From contig CAWBZV010000003.1 of the NCBI GenBank assembly GCA_963793305.1, positions 160,001 to 224,000 of the forward strand: a stretch of 64,000 bases of DNA, given 5' to 3'. Shown here piece by piece: positions 28,481-39,104 of this stretch. The notes under the pieces are model-generated. The model had not been told where the DNA came from and did not search any database. It was given only the letters and a program-made list of their open reading frames with translations. The stretch's first letter is position 1; every line of letters starts with the position of its first letter. Source of the stretch: an uncultured Gemmatimonadales bacterium (lineage in GTDB: Bacteria; Gemmatimonadota; Gemmatimonadetes; Gemmatimonadales; Gemmatimonadaceae). Position numbers and translations under genes: made by a program.

Positions 28481-29973
28481 ATCTGCCCGTTCTCGTTCTC
28501 GCACTCCTCGGCCACTGGGGCGAGGTTGGCCACCGTCTGATCGGCGCCGCCGCGGCCGCGGCCCTACCGGCCGAGATGCCAGCGTTCTTCCGCACCGCGG
28601 CAGATCAGCTCTCGTACTTGAACCCGGAGCCGGATCGCTGGAGGAGTCGAGCCGAGCGTTCGCTCGACCCGGCGGAGGACGATGCGTTCGCGCCGGATCA
28701 CTACATAGACCTGGAACGCGTACCCGCGGGCGCGCTCGACGCCCGCGATCGCTTCGCATACCTGGACACGCTCCGCGCCCATGGCGTCGACGCCGCCGGC
28801 GCCGGCCTGTTGCCGTTTCGCATTCTGGAGCTCTCGCAACGCCTGCGCGAAGAATTCCGGTTGTGGCGCGCGGCGACCGATGCGCGCACGAAGACGTGGA
28901 TCGAAGCGCGCATCATCAACGATGCCGGCATACTCGGCCACTACGTCGCGGATGGCTCGAACCCGCACCACACGACGATCCATTTCGACGGCTGGGTCGG
29001 CGACAATCCCAACGGATATACAGCGGCGCGCGGATTCCACGCGCGATTCGAATCGCTCTTTGTCCAAACCCACTTCGCGCCCGGTGACCTGCGCGTCGAC
29101 GAGAGCGCGCGAGTGTTCTCATCGCTGCGTCCGGCGATTCTCACCTACCTGCACGAGTCGAACGCATTAGTCCCCCGACTCTACGATCTCGACAAGCACG
29201 CGGCGTTCGACTCGGCGACGACTGATGCCGATGACAGGAAATTTGCGGTCGAGCGGCTCGTGGCGGGTGCACGGATGTTACGAGATATCTGGTGGACGGC
29301 GTGGATCACGAGTGGCCAGACCGTCGAGACCGTCGAGTCGGTGATCGCGCATGATATCACCGCGCGTGGAGGGATGGATCGGATTCACGCGTTGCGGACG
29401 GTCAAGCAAATCGGGCTCTTGATCAACGGCAAGGACACGTCGCGCCTGGTGATCGAGAACAAGCTGCCCGATGCGATGCGCATGGAGATCACGTCGGCGG
29501 GGAAGACGCTGCTGCGAGCGTATGATGGTCGGACCGGCTGGCAGAAGGCGCCCGACGCGAAGACGGCGAATCTCATGACGCCGGCCGAGCAAAAGAACAT
29601 CTCGCACGAGGCGGACATCATGAGCGCCCTCGTCGATTATGCCGCCAAGGGGAACCGGGTCGCGTTGCTCGGAACCGAGTCAGTCGAGGGGCGCGACGCC
29701 TACAAGGTCCAGGTGACGCTCAAGGACAGTACCGTGTTCGCGTACTTCATCGACCGCGAGACGTGGCTCCCGGTCAAGTGGCAAGGGGGTCCGTGGCAGA
29801 CCATGTACCGGGCGTTCACCGAGGCCGGTGGGGTGAAATTCCCATCGCGGTTCGAGACGACCGAGCGCGAGGCCACCGTGGCGGCGCCGCCCGTCGTTCT
29901 CGTCATCACGTCGATGGTCGCCAACCCGTCACTTCCGGACGCGCGATTCGCGCCGCCCGCTGACGCGCGCTGA
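28477..29973 (+). CDS. Secreted S1/P1 nuclease (Zn phospholipase C superfamily) fused to a LolA-like domain
   Basis: WGEVGH after a signal peptide, PDRWR, HYID, GHYVADGSNPHH, FHARFE; then ARGGMDRI...YDGRTGW...GTESVEGRDAYKV...FIDRET. Confidence 0.78.
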   Translation: MNLPVLVLALLGHWGEVGHRLIGAAAAAALPAEMPAFFRTAADQLSYLNPEPDRWRSRAERSLDPAEDDAFAPDHYIDLERVPAGALDARDRFAYLDTLRAHGVDAAGAGLLPFRILELSQRLREEFRLWRAATDARTKTWIEARIINDAGILGHYVADGSNPHHTTIHFDGWVGDNPNGYTAARGFHARFESLFVQTHFAPGDLRVDESARVFSSLRPAILTYLHESNALVPRLYDLDKHAAFDSATTDADDRKFAVERLVAGARMLRDIWWTAWITSGQTVETVESVIAHDITARGGMDRIHALRTVKQIGLLINGKDTSRLVIENKLPDAMRMEITSAGKTLLRAYDGRTGWQKAPDAKTANLMTPAEQKNISHEADIMSALVDYAAKGNRVALLGTESVEGRDAYKVQVTLKDSTVFAYFIDRETWLPVKWQGGPWQTMYRAFTEAGGVKFPSRFETTEREATVAAPPVVLVITSMVANPSLPDARFAPPADAR

Positions 29974-30195
29974 CTATTTATTAATGCGACGATACTGGGG
30001 CGTGCCGTCGGGAGTGGCGCGCGACTCGACGTAACCCTTCCGGGCCAACGTCTCCAAATACAGGTACGCCCATTCCGCCATCCGGTCCACGTCGGCGAGT
30101 TTTGACAGATTCGGCGCCGCCTGGCTCGGTGTCGTCCAGTCGGTGAGCGGTACGCTCCTCAGAATCCATTGCTCGGCCGGCGTCAGCAATGCCAT
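29974..30195 (-). CDS. Small winged-helix-like hypothetical protein
   Basis: GGAGGAG SD; LETLARKGYVE...PQYR wing pattern. Confidence 0.6.
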   Translation of the reverse strand: MALLTPAEQWILRSVPLTDWTTPSQAAPNLSKLADVDRMAEWAYLYLETLARKGYVESRATPDGTPQYRRINK

Positions 30196-30222
30196 GATCC
30201 ACTCCTCCTATTATTCTGACGC

Positions 30223-31395
30223 GTGATGTCATCACTTATAACGTGGCGGTCGGACACGCCTGGCTGTAAAAATCGGATTCACCTGAATAACGCCGGCGCC
30301 GCGCTCATGCCCACCGCGGTCTCCGATGCGATTCAGCGCCATATCCACTTGGAGTCCGAGATCGGTGGATACGAGGCCCACGAAGCCGCTGAGACCGAGA
30401 TTCGAGGGGTCTACGCGGATCTGGCGCGCTACATAGGGGCGTCGGCCGGCGAGATCGCCGTCGTGGAGAACGCGACGGTGGCGTTCGCGCAGGCGCTGTC
30501 GGCGTTCGACCTCCGATCCGGGGATGCCATTATCACGAGCCGGGCCGACTATCCGTCGAACCAGCTCATGTACCTGTCGCTCGCCCGCCGACTCGGCGTC
30601 GAGATCCGCCGGGCGGCGGACCTGCCGGACGGTGGCGTCGATCCCGACAGCGTGCGCGCCCTCGCCCGGGACGGACGGTGTCGTGTGATCGCCATCACCT
30701 GGGTCCCGACGAACTCGGGACTGATCCAAAACGTCGAAGCCATCGGAGCGATCGCCGAGGAGCTCGAGATCCCGTACATCATCGACGCGTGTCAGAGCGT
30801 CGGCCAGATCCCGATCGACGTCGGGCGACTCAAATGCGACTTTCTCGCCGCGGCGGCGCGCAAGTTTCTGCGCGGGCCTCGCGGGGTCGGATTCCTCTAT
30901 GTCTCGAACAAGATCGCGGGGCGCGGGGCGTATCCACTCTACGTCGACATGCGCGGCGCTGATTGGACGAGCCCCGATACGTACGCGCTGGCGTCGGGCG
31001 GGCGGCGATTCGAAAATTGGGAATTTGCGTATGCGCTCGTCCTGGGCATGGGAGCGGCGGTACGGTACTCCCGGGATGTGGGCAACGTCACATTCACGCG
31101 TCCGGCGGAATTGGCGGCGCGATTGAGGACACTGCTCGCCGACGTGCCCGGCGTTCGGGTGACGGATCTCGGCCGCCATCGGGCCGCGATCGTGACCGCC
31201 GCGGTATCCGGTCACGATCCCGAGATGGTCAAGCTCAAGATGCGGGCGCGTGGCGTGAACGTGTGGACCTCGGAGCCACAGGAAGGCGCGAACGATGCCA
31301 GAGGCGAGCCGCTGCTCCGGCTCTCGCCACATTACTACAACACGGAGGAGGAGTTGGAGACCGCCGTCGCAACGTTGAGAAAGGTGCTATCATGA
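30223..31395 (+). CDS. Class V PLP-dependent aminotransferase / C-S lyase (EgtE-like)
   Basis: IHLNNAGA, ESEIGGYEA, IIDACQSVGQ, RKFLRGPRG, RLSPHYYN. Confidence 0.85.
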   Translation: MMSSLITWRSDTPGCKNRIHLNNAGAALMPTAVSDAIQRHIHLESEIGGYEAHEAAETEIRGVYADLARYIGASAGEIAVVENATVAFAQALSAFDLRSGDAIITSRADYPSNQLMYLSLARRLGVEIRRAADLPDGGVDPDSVRALARDGRCRVIAITWVPTNSGLIQNVEAIGAIAEELEIPYIIDACQSVGQIPIDVGRLKCDFLAAAARKFLRGPRGVGFLYVSNKIAGRGAYPLYVDMRGADWTSPDTYALASGGRRFENWEFAYALVLGMGAAVRYSRDVGNVTFTRPAELAARLRTLLADVPGVRVTDLGRHRAAIVTAAVSGHDPEMVKLKMRARGVNVWTSEPQEGANDARGEPLLRLSPHYYNTEEELETAVATLRKVLS

Positions 31396-31958
31396 CGCGA
31401 GACGAAGCACTCGCGCTCGTGCAGGAGTACACGGCCAGCGAATCGCTCCGCAAGCACATGCTGTCCGTCGAAGCCGCCATGCGGGCGTACGCCGAGCGCT
31501 GGGACGAGGACCAGGCGCGCTGGGGGCTCGCCGGATTGCTCCATGACTTCGACTACGAGCGCTTTCCAAACGCCGAGCACTCGCCGACCGAGGGGCACCC
31601 ATCCGAGGGCGTCCGCATCCTGCGCGAGCGTGGATGTCCCGACAACGTCCTCGAGGCCATCCTCGGCCATGCCCAATACACCGGCGTCGCCCGCAGCTCC
31701 CGGATGGCGCGCACGTTGTTCGCCGTCGATGAGCTCACGGGCCTCATCACCGCGACTGCGCTCGTCAAGCCGTCGAAGAAGGTCGCGGACGTCGAAGCGT
31801 CATCCGTGCGCAAGAAGATGAAGGACAAAGCCTTCGCGCGCGGCGTGAGTCGCGAGGATGTCGTGCAAGGTGCCGCGGAGCTCGGCGTCGATCTCGACGA
31901 GCATATTCAGTTTGTCATCGAGGCCATGAAACGCCACTCGGAGGCGCTAGGCCTGTAG
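31392..31958 (+). CDS. HD-domain (HDIG) phosphohydrolase
   Basis: SLRKHMLSVE, GLLHDFDYE, AILGH, LFAVDELTG, KMKDKAFARGV. Confidence 0.88.
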   Translation: MTRDEALALVQEYTASESLRKHMLSVEAAMRAYAERWDEDQARWGLAGLLHDFDYERFPNAEHSPTEGHPSEGVRILRERGCPDNVLEAILGHAQYTGVARSSRMARTLFAVDELTGLITATALVKPSKKVADVEASSVRKKMKDKAFARGVSREDVVQGAAELGVDLDEHIQFVIEAMKRHSEALGL

Positions 31959-31959
31959 C

Positions 31960-34707
31960 TCAGTGAAATGATACGTCCGCCGGCAACGCGCGCACGATGA
32001 TGCGATCATCGCCGGCGCCGACCGGCGGACGAATGACGATGCCGCCAGGCGGCGGCGAAAGACCGCCGTCCACGTGCACGCGCAGCGTGCCATGATCATC
32101 CCATTCGTGGAACGACAGCACGCCAAATGGCGTATGGAGACCGGCAATGCGCACACCGGGTGTCAGCCACGCGCGCTGCACCCCGGCCCCGAGCACCAAC
32201 GTGGAATCGTGATTCGACTCGTACGCGAACAGGTCGAGCACAGCCCGCACGAACTCGGCCGCCACCCACCCGTGCGGCCGATCCCCGATGACGTTCGGTG
32301 CCGCCGTATCCCGAAAGACCACCTCTGGCCACGCATACCACGCGGCCGGGTGCAGATCGCGCATGCCGGCCGCGATCACCGGCCATGCATGCTCGCGATC
32401 TCCGAGCCGTAAGAGCGCACCCGCATTACGGAACTCGTACGGCGTGTACGCCGGGATGCGACCGGCGAGCCGCAGCGCGAAGAGACTGTCGTACATAGTA
32501 AAGGTCCGGCGAAGCTGCTCGTCGGGCAGGCCGCACTCGGTCGGAGACACACCGATCGCCGTCGATGTCGGATCGTAGTCATCGATGTCGACCGCCCCGG
32601 GGACGAATGCGCCCGATCGCGCAATCGCGGCGTCTAAGTGCGCCGACAGCGTGTCCCGCTGTGCTATATAGCCGGCGTCCGTGTAGCCCTTGATCGCCCA
32701 GCAATCATCCCACACCGAGTGCTCGGGTTTGGCTGAGTAGCCCTCGTGACTGATGGAGGGTGGGATGAGGCCGAGGGTGTCGTGATGCCGGAGCGAGTCC
32801 ATATCGGCCACGGCCGCGAGGACATGCGGCCACACGGCCCGCAGCAGCGCCGAGTCACCGGTAGAGCGCGTATACTCGGAGACGAGCGCGATGAACTCGC
32901 CGTCCGAGTCGAGCTCGGGCACGGGGTCGGCCCCGTGCGAGTCCACGCAACACGGGATGCGACCCGACGCATACTGATACGGCGCGAAATATTGGATGAA
33001 CTGACGCACGGTCGCGGTGTCGCCGACACGGAGGAGCGCGTCCGACATGAGCGCGCCGTCGCGAATCCATGTGCGATCGTAGGATCGCGGCCCAGGCTTC
33101 AAATGGTCGATCAGGATGTACCCGATGCTGGTCCGAATCGCCCGCGCGAGGTCGTCGACCGGCGGCGGGCCGTCGATCACGAGATCGCTCGACCACCGGT
33201 CACTCTTTCGTGTGCCCAGATGGACATCATGCGACTCGCCGGGAGCCAGATGCAGCGCGAACGTCATCGCGCCGGACGCGTACCCGTCCGGATCCTCTAC
33301 CACGCTGTTGCGCGGCAGTGAGCCACCAAACAAATACTCGGTGATATCGCCATCGGCGAACGTCGAAGCGCCCACCGCGGTGGGGCGCTCGCTCGGATGC
33401 AGCGAGAGTGGGTCGAGCGTGCGAATGGGCGTCGGCCCGCCAGCGACATTCAACGATTGCCAGGGCGGATCGACCTGAAACGGTCTTACCGCCAGGACTA
33501 GCGTCGGCGTGATGGCGTGTGCGCTCGTGTTCGTCACCCGATACCGAAGCCCTAGCGAGTCGTGCGTGCCATACCCGGTGACCATGAGCGACCAGTCGTT
33601 CGCTCTCCACGTCGCCGATGGAATTGGCCGATCGCCACTGTCCAGGGACGCTTCGGCGTGCACATCGGCCCACGAGATGACATGACCGTGATCGATCACA
33701 AACGGCTCGATGCCCGGCGTGCCGGCGCCGAGGTCCGCGTTGCCGTCGGTGTCCAGCAGCCCGGTGTGCGTGCCGTTTCGTGAGCCGAACACCGTCCAGT
33801 ACGGTTGCTCGCCGTGGAGATACCGCGGATACGCTCCCCTCGGCGCATCCCTCGCGATCATCGCGAAACGCCCGGCGACGGAGTCGGCGAACGCCGGCGG
33901 CTCGTCGTTCAGGTCGCGCACCGCGCCTGATTCCGGCCGCACACGCACGAATCGCGCGATGGCATCATCCAGCACCACGAAATCGTGTCCTCCGTGTCCG
34001 AGTCTCGCGTGCGCGACATGACGAACGACGCGCCACCGATCGCCATCGTCCGACAACTCGACGCGATAGCGCACCGGGCGATGAACGGTCGTGTCCCACG
34101 TGATGTCGAGTCCGCCCAGCTCGCTGTACGTGCGCAGATCGATGGTCCAGTTTTTTGGGTCGACGAACCGCGTGTCCTGAGATGGTGGGATCGTCGTGAT
34201 CGACAGTGCCTTGATCCAGATCGATCCTCGTCCGCCCGTCCCCGCGGCGATGGCGATCTCGATCGCGGCAACGTGATGGATCACTGGGCCGCCCGCGCGC
34301 ATCTCGCTTCCGCCGATTGGCCCAAAGGCAAAGCTCACCCGCCGACGCCGGACCGTGACGGGCGTCCACTCCGGCGTGAAGGTCATACCGGGACGCGCCC
34401 ACCACCAGACGTTGGCGCCGGTGGAGTCGATCATCTTGAATTGCAGCGTGTTCGGCGGCGAGTGGCCTTTAACGGAAAACCTGAACGCGTAGTTCTCCGG
34501 CAGATCGATCGCGAGGCGCCGCCTGGCGATCGCCCACCCGCCATGGCCGTGAAAGTCGAAGTCGATGCGCATGGCGCCCGAGTCGCGCGCCAATCGCATG
34601 CTCACGCCCTCCGCCGGCGCCACTACCCATGGCGCGATGCTCGCGAAATCGTCGAGCATCTTCGGTGGCGGTTGCAGGAATGCGAGCATGGCGAGCACGA
34701 CGATCAT
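31960..34707 (-). CDS. Secreted multidomain glycoside hydrolase: CBM-like + discoidin (F5/8) + six-hairpin (alpha/alpha)6 domain
   Basis: Signal peptide; YRVELSDDGDRW...ARFVRV discoidin; PGPRSYDRTWIRDGA, PCCVD...PELDSDGE, SISHEGY, WPEVV...PHGW. Confidence 0.75.
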   Translation of the reverse strand: MIVVLAMLAFLQPPPKMLDDFASIAPWVVAPAEGVSMRLARDSGAMRIDFDFHGHGGWAIARRRLAIDLPENYAFRFSVKGHSPPNTLQFKMIDSTGANVWWWARPGMTFTPEWTPVTVRRRRVSFAFGPIGGSEMRAGGPVIHHVAAIEIAIAAGTGGRGSIWIKALSITTIPPSQDTRFVDPKNWTIDLRTYSELGGLDITWDTTVHRPVRYRVELSDDGDRWRVVRHVAHARLGHGGHDFVVLDDAIARFVRVRPESGAVRDLNDEPPAFADSVAGRFAMIARDAPRGAYPRYLHGEQPYWTVFGSRNGTHTGLLDTDGNADLGAGTPGIEPFVIDHGHVISWADVHAEASLDSGDRPIPSATWRANDWSLMVTGYGTHDSLGLRYRVTNTSAHAITPTLVLAVRPFQVDPPWQSLNVAGGPTPIRTLDPLSLHPSERPTAVGASTFADGDITEYLFGGSLPRNSVVEDPDGYASGAMTFALHLAPGESHDVHLGTRKSDRWSSDLVIDGPPPVDDLARAIRTSIGYILIDHLKPGPRSYDRTWIRDGALMSDALLRVGDTATVRQFIQYFAPYQYASGRIPCCVDSHGADPVPELDSDGEFIALVSEYTRSTGDSALLRAVWPHVLAAVADMDSLRHHDTLGLIPPSISHEGYSAKPEHSVWDDCWAIKGYTDAGYIAQRDTLSAHLDAAIARSGAFVPGAVDIDDYDPTSTAIGVSPTECGLPDEQLRRTFTMYDSLFALRLAGRIPAYTPYEFRNAGALLRLGDREHAWPVIAAGMRDLHPAAWYAWPEVVFRDTAAPNVIGDRPHGWVAAEFVRAVLDLFAYESNHDSTLVLGAGVQRAWLTPGVRIAGLHTPFGVLSFHEWDDHGTLRVHVDGGLSPPPGGIVIRPPVGAGDDRIIVRALPADVSFH

Positions 34708-35514
34708 CCCTTCACGCTGCCCATGGTAATGCCTTCGATATAGTAGCGTTGCAGGAACACGAAGGCCGCGAGCACGGGAGCGAGCGTGACGACGGCCCCC
34801 GCCATCATAAGCTCCGTGTCCTGCACATGCTCGCCGGTCAGGTTCGCCAGCGCCACCGGCAGGGTGTACTTCGCGTCATCGCTCAGCACGATGAGCGGCC
34901 ACATGAAGTCGTTCCACACGCTCATGAACATGAACACGGCAAACGTGACCAGGATCGGCCGCAGGAGCGGCAGCACAATGCGCCCAAAGATCACCAGCTC
35001 GCTCGCCCCGTCGATACGCGCGGCGTCGAGCAGCTCGTCGGGAATCGACAGCGCGTACTGCCGGACGAGAAAGATCCCGAAGATGCTGGACATCGACGGG
35101 ATGATCACCGCCCAGTAGCTATTCACGAGATGCAGCTGCTTCATGATGACGAAGAGGGGCAGCATGCCGACCTGCGCGGGGATCACGAGCCCGGCGAGCA
35201 TCGTCCGAAACAACGGATCGCGCCCGCGGAACCGGAATTTCGCGAAGGCGTATCCGGCCATCGCGTTGATAACGGTCGAGAGCCCGGTCGCGGCGAACGA
35301 GACGATCACGCTGTTCATGATATTCCGCGCGACGTTCGAGCCGCGTGAAGAGAATCCGATAGTTCTCGAGCGTCGCCGGCCGCGGGATGAAATGCGGCGG
35401 GTACGTCGTTGCCTGGCCGGCGGGCATGAACGATGCCGCCACCATCCAGATGAGGGGCGCGAGCGTGGCGACGGCGCCGGCAATGAGCGCGAGATGCAGC
35501 GCGAGGCGCTTCAT
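34704..35514 (-). CDS. Carbohydrate ABC transporter permease, MalG-like (apparent +1 frameshift near 35335)
   Basis: AGYAFAKFRFRG, IPDELLDAARIDGA (EAA loop), WNDFMWPL, YTLPVAL. Confidence 0.9.
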
Positions 35515-36374
35515 CGTCTGAGCCGGCGCTGGATGAGCGTGCCGCCGAGCACGAGGGCAAACAAGACGAACGCGATCGACGCCGCGTAGCCCAGGTGCCA
35601 CCACCGGAACCCTTCCTCGTACATGTACAGCACGATGCTGTACGTCGCGTGCAGGGGGCCGCCTTGCGTCATGACGTACGGCTCGGAGAAGAGCTGCGTA
35701 TACCCGATCATCGTGGTCACGGACACGAACAAGAACGTGGGCCCGAGCATTGGCAGGGTCACGTACCGAAATCGCTGGATGGCGCTGGCGCCATCGACCA
35801 GCGCGGCATCATAGAGATCTTGCGAGATCGCCTGGAGACCCGCGACGAAGATCAGCATGTTGTAGCCGAAATTCTTCCAGACGGTCATGAGAATGATCGA
35901 CGGCATGGCCCAGTGTCGGTTACCGAGCCAATCGATCGGCCGCACTCCCACAAAATGCAGGAGATAATTCAGCAGGCCGAATCTCGGGTCATAGAGATAC
36001 CGCCAGATGACGGCGACCGCGACGAGGGTGGTCACGACGGGTACGAAGTAGACCGCGCGAAAAAACCCCCTGGCCCTCGTGAGTTTGGAATTGACCAGGA
36101 GCGCTGCGCCGAGCGAGACCGCGACCGACAACGGGCCGCCCACGACCACGAAATACAGTGTGTTGCCGACGGCGGTCCAGAAGAGCGGGTTCTGTAAGAG
36201 CTCGGCGTAATTGCGGAGCCCGACAAATCGCGTATTGGCCGGCGAGGCCACCGCGTAGATATCGAAATCCGTCGCGCTCAACGCCAACGAGGCAAAAATC
36301 GGAACAACAAAAAACGCCGCGATGAGTAGCATCGCCGGCGCTAAAAACCAATATGCCGCTCGACTAGTGTGCAC
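35511..36374 (-). CDS. Carbohydrate ABC transporter permease, MalF-like
   Basis: FVGLRNY, WKNFGYNM, LYDAALVDGA, EPYVMTQGGP. Confidence 0.92.
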   Translation of the reverse strand: MHTSRAAYWFLAPAMLLIAAFFVVPIFASLALSATDFDIYAVASPANTRFVGLRNYAELLQNPLFWTAVGNTLYFVVVGGPLSVAVSLGAALLVNSKLTRARGFFRAVYFVPVVTTLVAVAVIWRYLYDPRFGLLNYLLHFVGVRPIDWLGNRHWAMPSIILMTVWKNFGYNMLIFVAGLQAISQDLYDAALVDGASAIQRFRYVTLPMLGPTFLFVSVTTMIGYTQLFSEPYVMTQGGPLHATYSIVLYMYEEGFRWWHLGYAASIAFVLFALVLGGTLIQRRLRR

Positions 36375-37585
36375 GCGCCAGCCAGCGGCGCTTCTCCAGC
36401 ATCCGATCGAACGTCGCGATCGAGCGCCTCGAGCGCCTGGTCTTCCGTCATATCCCCGCGAACGACCTCCTCGGCGTACCGCGCGACCGCGGTCACGATC
36501 TGCTCCCACTCGGGCACCTGGGGTGTCGGCGCGACGTGCCGCAGCTGCTCGCGAAACGCCGCGGCGTACCGGTTCGTATCGAGCACCGGATCCGACCACG
36601 CGGATTCGCGCGCGGGCAAATCTCCCGTCAGGGTATAAAAGCGAACCTGCACCGCGGGCTCCGAGAGGTATGCGATGAGCGCGCGGGCCGCTCCCTGATG
36701 CGCCGAGCGTCGGAAAATGGCGAGGCTCGAGCCGCCGGCGAGAGACATGCCGGGCGCTGGCGGGTCAGGCGACGGCATCGGCGCGGTCATCCACTTGCCG
36801 GCGAGTGACGCCGGCAGCCGGCGCGAGAACTCGCCGATGTCCCAGGGGCCGGAGAGTATCATCGAGAAATCGCCGGCGGCGAACGACTGATAGCGGTTCG
36901 CGACCTGCGCGTTGTTGACCGCCGGCGCGAGGCCGCCGCGGAAGAGATCGACGTAGAACGCGAACGCCCGACGAAATCGTGGTTCCTGGAATGCGCCATG
37001 CAGCCCGTCCGGCGTCAAGAACGGCGCGCGCGTGCCCATGCCGAGCACGATCGGCCCGGCCCATTCGTTGAGCGCGAGGAGGATGGCCGCGCGATCGCCG
37101 CGCACTTTGACCATGGCCTGGCGCCAGTCGGTCCAGAGCGTCGGGAACGTCTTGTATCCCGCGGCAGCCAAGAGATCCGAGCGATAGAAAATCACGCGGG
37201 TATCGACGTACCACGGAATGCCGTAGAGCGTCCCGCCGATTTCGTTCGTGCGCCAGATGCCCGGGAAGTAGTCTTGGCTGTCGGCGGAGAGCGGCGCGAG
37301 CGCGGCGAGGGCGACGAATTCCGGGAGCCAGGTGTTGCCGATCTGCGCCACGTCCGGTGTCGCATCACCGACGAACGCAGTCAGCAGCTTCTCGTGCGCC
37401 GCGGTCCACGGGATCTGCTGAACGGTGACGCGAATGTCCGGATGCCTGCGCTCGAACTCCGGCAGGAGTTCTTTCAGTACTTCGCCCTCGCGGCCGAGCC
37501 CCCAGACTTTCAACGTGACGGCGCCGCTATCGCGACCGCCGCACGCCGACACGAGGAGCACCAACGCGAAGACCAGCCACCTCAT
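36364..37585 (-). CDS. Sugar ABC transporter substrate-binding lipoprotein (apparent +1 frameshift near 36411)
   Basis: Lipobox VSAC; QQIPWTAAHEKLLTA, PDVAQIGNTW, YGIPWYVDTR, AGGSSL; corrected end DVDRMLEKRRWL. Confidence 0.9.
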
Positions 37586-39090
37586 GGGATCAGCTCGTGC
37601 TCCGCGATCGGTGGCGGCGGAGGTGGCTGAGACGGGAGCTTCGGCGGCTCCGGTACGGGCCCGGCTTGGTCGAGCCACCCGCCGGAGAAGCCCGCGCGCC
37701 GCAATCCACGGATGATATAGGGGCTCTTTTTCATCGTATTCCAGACGAGCCCCGACCGATAGTTCTCGATCATCGAGACAATGGGCCCTTCGTCTATCCC
37801 GAGGTAATCCGAGTCGAACCATCCCTGTGCCGGATCGACGCGACCACCGGCCACGGGGACCGGCGCGACGAACGTCGGATTGAACGCATCGACGAACCCG
37901 TAGGTCGAGAACACGTTGTCCCCGTACTTGTGCCGGAGGCCAAGCAGCGCGGGAATGACGATCTCGGGCGCGAACACGACGGACCCACCGATGGCGGTCG
38001 GCGCGATGGTCCCATCGTCGACGACGCGCACGGTGGACACCCCTCGCGCCCAGTACGTATGAAATCGTCGTCGTTTCCCGTCGAGGACGAGCGTCGTCTC
38101 CGCGGGCCCATCGCACGCGGTAAATCCCCACACGTCGGGCCCATACCCCACGTACCCGAGCGAATCGGCGATCGCGTACGTCCGCTGCGCATACGTCGCT
38201 CGTCGCGAGTTCTCGAAGTAGTCGCTGCCGTGGGCCCTCATGTACTGATCGGCGATGTTGCGGAAGTCGATCCAGACGTGCGAGTACTGGTGCCCGAACA
38301 GCTGCGGGAATTGCAGGAACGATTGCCCGTAGAACGTGCCCCAGCGATACGTCCGTTGATACTCGGGCCACGCGTCCGGCGAGATCGGGTGCGTCGGGGA
38401 GCCGAGCGCGAGCACATAGAGGACGGCGGCCTCGTTGTACCCGCGCCAGTCGTATGGAAAGAACCCGCTGTCGGGCGTCCACCCGAGCGTGAGCAGCGGC
38501 GGAAAGTTCTGCGCCCACCGCCAGTCGACTCTCCAGTACAGCGAGTCCGCATACGCGCGGATCTCGGCTTCGTCGGGAGTCGACGAGTCGAAGTACTCTC
38601 CGGCGAACAGCGCGCCGACGAGCAAGAGCGCGGTATCGATGGTCGACAGCTCGGACGGCACGAACCGCCGGCCGTGCTTCATGTCGAGGAAATGATAGAA
38701 GAAGCCCTTGTATCCGATCGTGCCCGTATCGGCCGGGCCCTGGGGCGCCAGCCACAGATACTTGAGCGTGGTCAGCACGCGCTTGGCGGCCGCCCCTCGC
38801 GTGATATACCCACGGCTCGCGCCGATCGGGTACGCGGTGAGCGCGAACCCGATCGCGGCGACGGACGAGAAGGTCGGCGAGAGCGCCCGGTCAGGCGTCA
38901 GGCCGGTCGTCGAATCGGAGACCTTCCAGAAGAAGTCGAACGACCGGCGCTCGACGGTATCGAGGAACGCCTGGCCGGAGAGGCCACCGGGAATAGGGGT
39001 CGGCGCAATCACCACGGGCCGCACTGGCGCGCCTCCGCAGGCGGCCAGTGCGGTCACGAGTGCGAGCGCGCCAGCTCGTCTCGCAATCAC
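37582..39090 (-). CDS. GH144-like endo-beta-1,2-glucanase (glucoamylase-like domain) lipoprotein
   Basis: Lipobox LAAC; GFFYHF, ELSTIDTALL, GYNEA, LFGHQYSH, YFENSRRAT, WGFTACDGP, YGFVDAFN, YLGIDEGPI..MIENYRSG. Confidence 0.85.
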   Translation of the reverse strand: MIARRAGALALVTALAACGGAPVRPVVIAPTPIPGGLSGQAFLDTVERRSFDFFWKVSDSTTGLTPDRALSPTFSSVAAIGFALTAYPIGASRGYITRGAAAKRVLTTLKYLWLAPQGPADTGTIGYKGFFYHFLDMKHGRRFVPSELSTIDTALLLVGALFAGEYFDSSTPDEAEIRAYADSLYWRVDWRWAQNFPPLLTLGWTPDSGFFPYDWRGYNEAAVLYVLALGSPTHPISPDAWPEYQRTYRWGTFYGQSFLQFPQLFGHQYSHVWIDFRNIADQYMRAHGSDYFENSRRATYAQRTYAIADSLGYVGYGPDVWGFTACDGPAETTLVLDGKRRRFHTYWARGVSTVRVVDDGTIAPTAIGGSVVFAPEIVIPALLGLRHKYGDNVFSTYGFVDAFNPTFVAPVPVAGGRVDPAQGWFDSDYLGIDEGPIVSMIENYRSGLVWNTMKKSPYIIRGLRRAGFSGGWLDQAGPVPEPPKLPSQPPPPPPIAEHELIP

Positions 39091-39104
39091 TCCTGAACAG
39101 TAAG

